Of a stretch of DNA of 64,000 nucleotides, positions 1-10,700 are shown one piece after another. How positions within the stretch are numbered: the first letter of the stretch is position 1; each line of letters starts with the position of its first letter. The stretch is from positions 62,001 through 126,000 of the forward strand of contig CAXHJY010001426.1 of assembly GCA_964016885.1 (NCBI GenBank), in the 5' to 3' direction. The stretch is from Eledone cirrhosa. Lineage: Eukaryota. Below the pieces are notes generated by a model. That model was given only the letters and a program-made list of their open reading frames with translations, was not told the DNA's origin and searched no databases. Position numbers and translations under genes: made by a program.

Positions 1-215
1 CCGTCCAAGGAGACATATTTTCCAGCAGTCCAAGGAGAGGTAATTTCTAACCGTCCAAGGGGAGATAAATTCCAGCCTCCAAGGGGAGATAATTTCCAGC
101 CAGCCAAGGGGAGATAATTTGTAAAAAAAATCAGAGGGAGATAATTTGTAAAAAAAAATCAGGGGGAGATAATTTGTAAAAAATAGTCAGGGGGAGATAA
201 TTTGTAAAAAAATCA

Positions 216-325
216 AGGGGAGATAATTTCCAGCCGTCCAAGGGGAGATAATTTTCAGCCGTCCAAGGGGAGATAATTTCCCGCCAGCCAAGGGAAGATA
301 ATATTTAAAAAAATTAGGCGGATAT
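216..325 (+). repeat. Example short 3-monomer A linker block (module M2)
   Basis: TTTCC monomer, then TTTTC monomer, then TTTCCCGCCAGCCAAGGGAAGATAATATTTAAAAAAAT(C/T)AGGCGG. The same string recurs at about 1365, 4220, 4790, 6045, 6605, 8295 and many later sites. Confidence 0.9.
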
Positions 326-617
326 AATTTGTAAAAAAATCGGGGGGAGATAATTTGTAAAAAAATCAGGGGGAGATAATTTGTAAAAAAAATCAGGGGG
401 AGATAATTTGTAAAAAAAATCAGGGGGAGATAATTTGTAAAAAAAAATCAGGGGTAGATAATTGGTAAAAAAAAATCAGGAGGCGATAATTTGTAAAAAA
501 AAATCAGGGAGAGATAATTTGTAAAAAAAAATCAGGGGGAGATAATTTGTAAAAAAAAATCAGGGGTAGATAATTTGTAAAAAAAAATCAGGGGGAGATA
601 ATTTGTAAAAAAAATCA
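318..617 (+). repeat. Example long type-B block, monomer GGGGGAGATAATTTGT(A)nTCA
   Basis: About 11 consecutive monomers that differ mainly in A-run length and in single substitutions within the G5 run (GGGGT, GGGAG, GGAGG). Confidence 0.95.
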
Positions 618-843
618 AGGGGAGATAATTTCCAGCCGTCCAAGGGGAGGTAATATCTAGCCGTCCAAGGGGAGATAATTTCCAGCCGTCCAAGGGGAGA
701 TAATTTCCACCCGTCCAAGGGTAGATAATATCCAGCCGTCCAAGGAGAAATATTTTCCAGCCGTCCAAGGAGAGGTAATTTCTAGCCGTCCAAAGGGAGA
801 TAAATTCCAGCCTCCAAGGGGAGATAATTTCCAGCCAGCCAAG
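617..843 (+). repeat. Example long type-A block (module M1), 25-bp monomer GGGGAGATAATTTCCAGCCGTCCAA
   Basis: About 9 consecutive A monomers with ordered variants: GAGGTAATATCTAG, GGGTAGATAATATCC, GGAGA(C/A)ATATTTTCC, GGAGAGGTAATTTCTA, ATAAATTCCAGCCTCCAA (24 bp) and terminal CCAGCCAGCCAA. It recurs throughout the window. Confidence 0.95.
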
Positions 844-2284
844 GGGAGATAATTTGTAAAAAAATCAGGGGGAGATAATTTGTTAAAAAAATCAGGGGCA
901 GATAATTTGTAAAAAAAAATCAGGTGGAGATAATTTGTAAAAAAAAATCAGGGGGAGATAATTTGTAAAAAAAATCAGGGGGAGATAATTTGTAAAAAAA
1001 ATCAAGGGGAGATAATTTCCAGCCGTCCAAGGGGAGATAATTTTCAGCTGTCCAAGGAGAGGTAATTTCTAGTCGTCCGAGGAGAGATAATTTCCAGCCG
1101 TCCAAGGGGAGATAATTTCCAGCCGTCCAAGGGGAGATAATTTCCAGCCGTCCAAGGAGACATATTTTCCAGCAGTCCAAGGAGAGGTAATTTCTAACCG
1201 TCCAAGGGGAGATAAATTCCAGCCTCCAAGGGGAGATAATTTCCAGCCAGCCAAGGGGAGATAATTTGTAAAAAAAATCAGAGGGAGATAATTTGTAAAA
1301 AAAAATCAGGGGGAGATAATTTGTAAAAAATAATCAGCGGGAGATAATTTGTAAAAAAATCAAGGGGAGATAATTTCCAGCCGTCCAAGGGGAGATAATT
1401 TTCAGCCGTCCAAGGGGAGATAATTTCCCGCCAGCCAAGGGAAGATAATATTTAAAAAAATTAGGCGGATATAATTTGTAAAAAAAATCGGGGGGAGATA
1501 ATTTGTAAAAAAATCAGGGGGAGATAATTTGTAAAAAAAATCAGGGGGAGATAATTTGTAAAAAAAAATCAGGGGGAGATAATTTGTAAAAAAAATCAAG
1601 GGGAGATAATTTCCAGCCGTCCAAGGGGAGGTAATATCTAGCCGTCCAAGGGGAGATAATTTCCAGCCGTCTAAGGGGAGATAATTTCCACCCGTCCAAG
1701 GGTAGATAATATCCAGCCGTCCAAGGAGAAATATTTTCCAGTCGTCCAAGGAGAGGTAATTTCTAGCCGTCCAAGGGGAGATAAATTCCAGCCTCCAAGG
1801 GGAGATAATTTCCAGCCAGCCAAGGGGAGATAATTTGTAAAAAAATCAGGGGGAGATAATTTGTAAAAAAAATCAGGGGCAGATAATTTGTAAAAAAAAA
1901 TCAGGGGGAGATAATTTGTAAAAAAAAATCAGGGGGAGATAATTTGTAAAAAAAATCAGGGGGAGATAATTTCCAGCCGTCCAAGGGGAGATAATTTTCA
2001 GCCGTCCAAGGGGAGATAATTTCCCGCCAGCCAAGGGAAGATAATATTTAAAAAAATCAGGCGGAGATAATTTGTAAAAAAAATCAGGGGGAGATAATTT
2101 GTAAAAAAATCAGGGGGAGATAATTTGTAACAAAAAATCAGGGGGAGATAATTTGTAAAAAAAATCAGGGGGAGATAATTTGTAAAAAAATCAAGGGGAG
2201 ATAATTTTCAGCCGTCCAAGGGGAGATAATTTTTGAAAAAATCAGGTGGAGATAATTTGTAAAAAAAATCAGGGGGAGATAATT

Positions 2285-2500
2285 TGTAAAAACAAAATCA
2301 AGGGCAGATAATTTCCAGCTGTCCAAGGGGAGATAATTTCCAGCCGTCCAAGGGGAGATAATTTCCAGCCGTCCAAGGGGAGATAATTTCCATCCTTCCA
2401 AGGGGATATAATTTCCAGCCGTCCAAGGGGAGATAATTTCCCGCCAGCCAAGGGAAGATAATTTTTAAAAAAATCAGGCGGAGATTGTAAAAAAAATCAG
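2285..2500 (+). repeat. Example module M3 (GTAAAAACAAAATCAAGGGCAG ... GGGGATATAA ... GGCGGAGATTGTA)
   Basis: A distinctive set of variants that includes a core-deleted B monomer (GAGATTGTA). I counted about 20 copies across the window. Confidence 0.9.
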
Positions 2501-3849
2501 GGGGAGATAATTTGTAAAAAAATCAGGGGGAGATAATTTTAAAAAAAAAATCAGGGGGAGATAATTTGTAAAAAAAAATCAGGGGGAGATAATTTGTTAA
2601 AAAATCAAGGGGAGATAATTTGCAGCCGTCCAAGGGGAGATAATTTTCAGCCGTCCAAGGAGAGGTAATTTCTAGCCGTCCAAGGGGAGATAATTTCCAG
2701 CCGTCCAAGGGGAGATAATTTCCAGCCGTTCAAGGGGAGATAATTTTTTTTAAAAAATCAGGCAGAGATAATTTGTAAAAAAAAATCGGGGGGAGATAAT
2801 TCGTAAAAAAAAATCAGGGGGAGATAATTTGTAAAAAAAAATCAGGGGGAGATAATTTGTAAAAAAAATCAAGGGGAGATAATTTCCAGCCGTCCAAGGG
2901 GAGGTAATATCTAGCCGTCCAAGGGGAGATAATTTCCAGCCGTCCAAGGGGAGGTAATATCTAGCCGTCCAAGGGGAGATAATTTCCAGCCGTCCAAGGG
3001 GAGATAATTTCCAGCCGTCCAAGGGGAGATAATTTCCAGCCGTCCAAGGAGACATATTTTCCAGCCGTCCAAGGCGAGGTAATTTCTAGCCGTCTAAGGG
3101 GAGATAAATTCCAGCCTCCAAGGGGAGATAATTTCCAGCCAGCCAAGGGGAGATAATTTGTAAAAAAATCAGGGGGAGATAATTTGTAAAAAATATCAGG
3201 GGGAGATAATTTGTAAAAAAAAATCAGGGGGAGATAATTTGTAAAAAAAAATCAGGGGGAGATAATTTGTAAAAAAAAATCAGGGGGAGATAATTTGTAA
3301 AAAAAATCAAGTGGAGATAATTTCCAGCCGTCCAAGGGGAGATAATTTTCAGCTGTCCAAGGAGAGGTAATTTCTAGCCGTCCGAGGAGAGATAATTTCC
3401 AGCCGTCCAAGGGGAGATAATTTCCAGCCGTCCAAGGAGACATATTTTCCAGCCGTCCAAGGAGAGGTAATTTCTAACCGTCCAAGGGGAGATAAATTCC
3501 AGCCTCCAAGGGGAGATAATTTCCAGCCAGCCAAGGGGAGATAATTTGTAAAAAAATCAGGGGGAGATAATTTGTAAAAAAAATCAGGGGGAGATAATTT
3601 GTAAAAAAAAATCAGGGGGAGATAATTTGTAAAAAATAATCAGGGGGAGATAATTTGTAAAAAAATCAAGGGGAGATAATTTGTAAAAAAAAATCAGGGG
3701 GAGATAATTTGTAAAAAAAAATCAGGGGGAGATAATTTGTAAAAAAAATCAGGGAGAGCTAATTTGTAAAAAAAAATCAGGGGTAGATAATTTGTAAAAA
3801 AAAATCAGGGGGAGATAATTTGTAAAAAAAAATCAGGGGGAGATAATTT

Positions 3850-6800
3850 GTAAAAAAAAATCAGGGGGAGATAATTTGTAAAAAAAATCAAGGGGAGATA
3901 ATTTCCAGCCGTCCAAGGGGAGGTAATATCTAGCCGTCCAAGGGGAGATAATTTCCAGCCGTCCAAGGGGAGATAATTTCCAGCCGTCCAAGGGTAGATA
4001 ATATCCAGCCGTCCAAGGACATATTTTCCAGCCGTCCAAGGAGAGGTAATTTCTAGCCGTCCAAGGGGAGATAAATTCCAGCCTCCAAGGGGAGATAATT
4101 TCCAGCCAGCCAAGGGGAGATAATTTGTAAAAAAATCAGGGGGAGATAATTTGTAAAAAAAATCAGGGGGAGATAATTTGTAAAAAAAAATCAGGGGGAG
4201 ATAATTTGTAAAAAAAATCAAGGGGAGATAATTTCCAGCCGTCCAAGGGGAGATAATTTTCAGCCGTCCAAGGGGAGATAATTTCCCGCCAGCCAAGGGA
4301 AGATAATATTTAAAAAAATTAGGCGGAGATAATTTGTAAAAAAAATCAGGGGGAGATAATTTGTAAAAAAATCAGGGGGAGATAATTTGTAAAAAAATCA
4401 AGGGGAGATAATTTCCAGCCGTCCAAGGGGAGGTAATATCTAGCCGTCCAAGGGGAGATAATTTCCAGCCGTCCAAGGGGAGATAATTTCCAGCCGTCCA
4501 AGGGTAGATAATATCCAGCCGTCCAAGGAGACATATTTTCCAGCCGTCCAAGGAGAGGTAATTTCTAGCCGTCCAAGGGGAGATAAATTCCAGCCTCCAA
4601 GGGGAGATAATTTCCAGCCAGCCAAGGGGAGATAATTTGTAAAAAAATCAGGGGGAGATAATTTGTAAAAAAAATCAGGGTGAGATAATTTGTAAAAAAA
4701 AATCAGGGGGAGATAATTTGTAAAAAAAAATCAGGGGGAGATAATTTGTAAAAAAAAATCAGGGGGAGATAATTTGTAAAAAAAATCAAGGGGAGATAAT
4801 TTCCAGCCGTCCAAGGGGAGATAATTTTCAGCCGTCCAAGGGGAGATAATTTCCCGCCAGCCAAGGGAAGATAATATTTAAAAAAATCAGGCGGAGATAA
4901 TTTGTAAAAAAAATCAGGGGGAGATAATTTGTAAAAAAATCAAGGGGAGATAATTTCCAGCCGTCCAAGGGGAGATAATTTTTTTAAAAATCAGGTGGAG
5001 ATAATTTGTAAAAAAAATCAGGGGGAGATAATTTGTAAAAACAAAATCAAGGGCAGATAATTTCCAGCCGTCCAAGGGGAGATAATTTCCAGCCGTCCAA
5101 GGGGAGATAATTTCCATCCTTCCAAGGGGATATAATTTCCAGCCGTCCAAGGGGAGATAATTTCCCGCCAGCCAAGGGAAGATAATTATTAAAAAAATCA
5201 GGCGGAGATTGTAAAAAAAATCAGGGGGGAGATAATTTGTAAAAAAATCAGGGGGAAATAATTTGTAAAAAAAAATCAGGGGGAGATAATTTGTAAAAAA
5301 AATCAGGGGGAGATAATTTGTAAAAAAAAATCAGGGGGAGATAATTTGTAAAAAAATTAGGCGTAGATAATTTGTAAAAAAAAATCAGGGGGAGATAATT
5401 TGTAAAAAAAAATCAGGGGGAGATAATTTGTTAAAAAATCAAGGGGAGATAATTTGCAGCCGTCCAAGGGGAGATAATTTTCAGCCGTCCAAGGAGAGGT
5501 AATTTCTAGCCGTCCAAGGGGAGATAATTTCCAGCCGTCCAAGGGGAGATAATTTCCAGCCGTTCAAGGGGAGATAATTTTTAAAAAAAAATCAGGCGGA
5601 GATAATTTGTAAAAAAAAATCAGGGGGAGATAATTCGTAAAAAAAAATCAGGGGGAGATAATTTGTAAAAAAAAATCAGGGGGAGATAAATTGTAAAAAA
5701 AATCAAGGGGAGATAATTTCCAGCCGTCCAAGGGGAGGTAATATCTAGCCGTCCAAGGGGAGATAATTTCCAGCCGTCCAAGGGGAGATAATTTCCAGCC
5801 GTCCAAGGGTAGATAATATCCAGCCGTCCAAGGACATATTTTCCAGCCGTCCAAGGAGAGGTAATTTCTAGCCGTCCAAGGGGAGATAAATTCCAGCCTC
5901 CAAGGGGAGATAATTTCCAGCCAGCCAAGGGGAGATAATTTGTAAAAAAAATCAGGGGGAGATAATTTGTAAAAAAAATCAGGGGGAGATAATTTGTAAA
6001 AAAAAATCAGGGGGAGATAATTTGTAAAAAAAATCAAGGGGAGATAATTTCCAGCCGTCCAAGGGGAGATAATTTTCAGCCGTCCAAGGGGAGATAATTT
6101 CCCGCCAGCCAAGGGAAGATAATATTTAAAAAAATTAGGCGGAGATAATTTGTAAAAAAAATCAGGGGGAGATAATTTGTAAAAAAATCAGGGGGAGATA
6201 ATTTGTAAAAAAATCAAGGGGAGATAATTTCCAGCCGTCCAAGGGGAGGTAATATCTAGCCGTCCAAGGGGAGATAATTTCCAGCCGTCCAAGGGGAGAT
6301 AATTTCCAGCCGTCCAAGGGTAGATAATATCCAGCCGTCCAAGGAGACATATTTTCCAGCCGTCCAAGGAGAGGTAATTTCTAGCCGTCCAAGGGGAGAT
6401 AAATTCCAGCCTCCAAGGGGAGATAATTTCCAGCTAGCCAAGGGGAGATAATTTGTAAAAAAATCAGGGGGAGATAATTTGTAAAAAAAATCAGGGTGAG
6501 ATAATTTGTAAAAAAAAATCAGGGGGAGATAATTTGTAAAAAAAAATCAGGGGGAGATAATTTGTAAAAAAAAATCAGGGGGAGATAATTTGTAAAAAAA
6601 ATCAAGGGGAGATAATTTCCAGCCGTCCAAGGGGAGATAATTTTCAGCCGTCCAAGGGGAGATAATTTCCCGCCAGCCAAGGGAAGATAATATTTAAAAA
6701 AATCAGGCGGAGATAATTTGTAAAAAAAATCAGGGGGAGATAATTTGTAAAAAAATCAGGGGGAGATAATTTGTAAAAAAAATCAGGGGGAGATAATTTG

Positions 6801-7700
6801 TAAAAAAAATCAGGGGGAGATAATTTGTAAAAAAATCAAGGGGAGATAATTTCCAGCCGTCCAAGGGGAGATAATTTTTTTAAAAATCAGGTGAAGATAA
6901 TTTGTAAAAAAAATCAGGGGGAGATAATTTGTAAAAACAAAATCAAGGGCAGATAATTTCCAGCTGTCCAAGGGGAGATAATTTCCAGCCGTCCAAGGGG
7001 AGATAATTTCCAGCCGTCCAAGGGGAGATAATTTCCATCCTTCCAAGGGGATATAATTTCCAGCCGTCCAAGGGGAGATAATTTCCCGCCAGCCAAGGGA
7101 AGATAATTTTTAAAAAAATCAGGCGGAGATTGTAAAAAAAATCAGGGGGGAGATAATTTGTAAAAAAATCAGGGGGAAATAATTTGTAAAAAAAAATCAG
7201 GTGGAGATAATTTGTAAAAAAAATCAGGGGGAGATAATTTGTAAAAAAAAATCAGGGGGAGATAATTTGTAAAAAAAATTAGGCGTAGATAATTTGTAAA
7301 AAAAAATCAGGGGGAGATAATTTGTAAAAAAAAATCAGGGGGAGATAATTTGTTAAAAAATCAAGGGGAGATAATTTGCAGCCGTCCAAGGGGAGATAAT
7401 TTTCAGCCGTCCAAGGAGAGGTAATTTCTAGCCGTCCAAGGGGAGATAATTTCCAGCCGTCCAAGGGGAGATAATTTCCAGCCGTTCAAGGGAGATAATT
7501 TTTAAAAAAAAATCAGGCGGAGATAATTTGTAAAAAAAAATCAGGGGGAGATAATTCGTAAAAAAAATCAGGGGGAGATAATTTGTAAAAAAAAATCAGG
7601 GGGAGATAAATTGTAAAAAAAATCAAGGGGAGATAATTTCCAGCCGTCCAAGGGGAGGTAATATCTAGCCGTCCAAGGGGAGATAATTTCCAGCCGTCCA
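3850..7700 (+). repeat. Imperfect tandem duplication, unit about 1.8-1.9 kb
   Basis: ORF-track offsets 4346/6162 and 4440/6256 are 1,816 bp. They drift to 1,896 (4914/6810) and 1,922 (5357/7279) as B monomers are added. Confidence 0.8.
5357..5600 (+). repeat. Example module M4 (TTAGGCGTAGA ... GTTAAAAAATCAAGGGGAGATAATTTGCAGCC ... GCCGTTCAAGG)
   Basis: It follows M3 after a B block. Its identical 61-aa pseudo-ORF appears at 5357, 7279, 11292, 13315, 14828, 16938, 19181, 20694, 27427, 31437, 32950, 45299, 57049 and 62571. Confidence 0.9.
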
Positions 7701-10700
7701 AGGGGAGGTAATTTCTAGCCGTCCAAGGGGAGATAAATTCCAGCCTCCAAGGGGAGATCATTTCCAGCCAGCCAAGGGGAGATTATTTGTAAAAAAATCA
7801 GGGGGAGATAATTTGTAAAAAATATCAGGGGGAGATAATTTGTAAAAAATATCAGGGGGAGATAATTTGTAAAAAAAAATCAGGGGGAGATAATTTGTAA
7901 AAAAAATCAGGGGGAGATAATTTGTAAAAAAAATCAAGGGGAGATAATTTCCAGCCGTCCAAGGGGAGATAATTTTCAGCTGTCCAAGGAGAGGTAATTT
8001 CTAGTCGTCCGAGGAGAGATAATTTCCAGCCGTCCAAGGGGAGATAATTTCCAGCCGTCCAAGGGGAGATAATTTCCAGCCGTCCAAGGAGACATATTTT
8101 CCAGCAGTCCAAGGAGAGGTAATTTCTAACCGTCCAAGGGGAGATAAATTCCAGCCTCCAAGGGGAGATAATTTCCAGCCAGCCAAGGGGAGATAATTTG
8201 TAAAAAAAATCAGAGGGAGATAATTTGTAAAAAAAAATCAGGGGGAGATAATTTGTAAAAAATAATCAGGGGGAGATAATTTGTAAAAAAATCAAGGGGA
8301 GATAATTTCCAGCCGTCCAAGGGGAGATAATTTTCAGCCGTCCAAGGGGAGATAATTTCCCGCCAGCCAAGGGAAGATAATATTTAAAAAAATTAGGCGG
8401 ATATAATTTGTAAAAAAAATCGGGGGGAGATAATTTGTAAAAAAATCAGGGGGAGATAATTTGTAAAAAAAATCAGGGGGAGATAATTTGTAAAAAAAAA
8501 TCAGGCGGAGATAATTTGTAAAAAAAATCAAGGGGAGATAATTTCCAGCCGTCCAAGGGGAGGTAATATCTAGCCGTCCAAGGGGAGATAATTTCCAGCC
8601 GTCCAAGGGGAGATAATTTCCAGCCGTCCAAGGAGACATATTTTCCAGCCGTCCAAGGCGAGGTAATTTCTAGCCGTCCAAGGGGAGATAAATTCCAGCC
8701 TCCAAGGGGAGATAATTTCCAGCCAGCCAAGGGGAGATAATTTGTAAAAAAATCAGGGGGAGATAATTTGTAAAAAATATCAGGGGCAGATAATTTGTAA
8801 AAAAAATCAGGGGGAGATAATTTGTAAAATAAAATCAGGGGGAGATAATTTGTAAAAAAAAATCAGAGGGAGATAATTTGTAAAAAAAATCAAGGGGAGA
8901 TAATTTCCAGCCGTCCAAGGGGAGATAATTTTCAGCTGTCCAAGGAGAGGTAATTTCTAGTCGTCCGAGGAGAGATAATTTCCAGCCGTCCAAGGGGAGA
9001 TAATTTCCAGCCGTCGCAGGGGAGATAATTTCCAGCCGTCCAAGGAGACATATTTTCCAGCAGTCCAAGGAGAGGTAATTTCTAACCGTCCAAGGGGAGA
9101 TAAATTCCAGCCTCCAAGGGGAGATAATTTCCAGCCAGCCAAGGGGAGATAATTTGTAAAAAAATCAGGGGGAGATAATTTGTAAAAAAAAATCAGGGGG
9201 AGATAATTTGTAAAAAATAATCAGGGGGAGATAATTTGTAAAAAAATCAAGGGGAGATAATTTCCAGCCGTCCAAGGGGAGATAATTTTCAGCCGTCCAA
9301 GGGGAGATAATTTCCCGCCAGCCAAGGGAAGATAATATTTAAAAAAATTAGGCGGAGATAATTTGTAAAAAAAATCGGGGGGAGATAATTTGTAAAAAAA
9401 TCAGGGGGAGATAATTTGTAAAAAAAATCAGGGGGAAATAATTTGTAAAATAAATCAGGGGGAGATAATTTGTAAAAAAAAATCAGGGGTAGATAATTTG
9501 TAAAAAAAAATCAGGGGGAGATAATTTGTAAAAAAAAATCAGGGAGAGATAATTTGTAAAAAAAATCAGGGGGAGATAATTTGTAAAAAAAAAATCAGGG
9601 GTAGATAATTTGTAAAAAAAAATCAGGGGGAGATAATTTGTAAAAAAAAATCAGGGGGAGATAATTTGTAAAAAAAATCAAGGGTAGATAATTTCCAGCC
9701 GTCCAAGGGGAGGTAATATCTAGCCGTCCAAGGGGAGATAATTTCCAGCCGTCCAAGGGGAGATAATTTCCAGCCGTCCAAGGGTAGATAATATCCAGCC
9801 GTCCAAGGACATATTTTCCAGCCGTCCAAGGAGAGGTAATTTCTAGCCGTCCAAGGGGAGATAAATTCCAGCCTCCAAGGGGAGATAATTTCCAGCCAGC
9901 TAAGGGGAGATAATTTGTAAAAAAATCAAGGGGAGATAATTTGTAAAAAAAAATCAGGGGGAGATAATTTGTAAAAAAAAATCAGGGGGAGATAATTTGT
10001 AAAAAAAAATCAGGGGGAGATAATTTGTAAAAAAAAATCAGGGGGAGATAATTTGTAAAAAAAATCAAGGGGAGATAATTTCCAGCCGTCCAAGGGGAGA
10101 TAATTTTCAGCCGTCCAAGGGGAGATAATTTCCCGCCAGCCAAGAGAAGATAATATTTAAAAAAATCAGGCGGAGATAATTTGTAAAAAAAATCAGGGGG
10201 AGATAATTTGTAAAAAAATCAGGGGGAGATAATTTGTAAAAAAAAAATCAGGGGGAGATAATTTGTAAAAAAAATCAAGGGGAGATAATTTCCAGCCGTC
10301 CAAGGGGAGGTAATATCTAGCCGTCCAAGGGGAGATAATTTCCAGCCGTCCAAGGGGAGATAATTTCCACCCGTCCAAGGGTAGATAATATCCAGCCGTC
10401 CAAGGAGAAATATTTTCCAGCCGTCCAAGGCGAGGTAATTTCTAGCCCTCCAAGGGGAGATAAATTCCAGCCTCCAAGGGGAGATAATTTCCAGCCAGCA
10501 AAGGGGAGATAATTTGTAAAAAAATCAGGGGGAGATAATTTGTAAAAAAAATCAGGGGCAGATAATTTGTAAAAAAAAATCAGGGGGAGATAATTTGTAA
10601 AAAAAAATCAGGGGGAGATAATTTGTAAAAAAAAATCAGGGGGAGATAATTTGTAAAAAAAATCAAGGGGAGATAATTTCCAGCCGTCCAAGGGGAGATA

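Noticed and set aside
318-617. Phased A-tract intrinsic curvature (kinetoplast-like bent DNA)
   Set aside because: A-tracts repeat every 26-29 bp, about 2.5-2.75 helical turns and not an integer multiple of ~10.5 bp, so the bends should not add up coherently.
620-650. NF-kB/Rel (GGGRNNYYCC) or EBF/COE (TCCCNNGGGA) binding sites
   Set aside because: GGGGAGATAATTTCC has the wrong spacing for a kB site, and TCCAAGGGGA mismatches the EBF consensus. There is no independent support.
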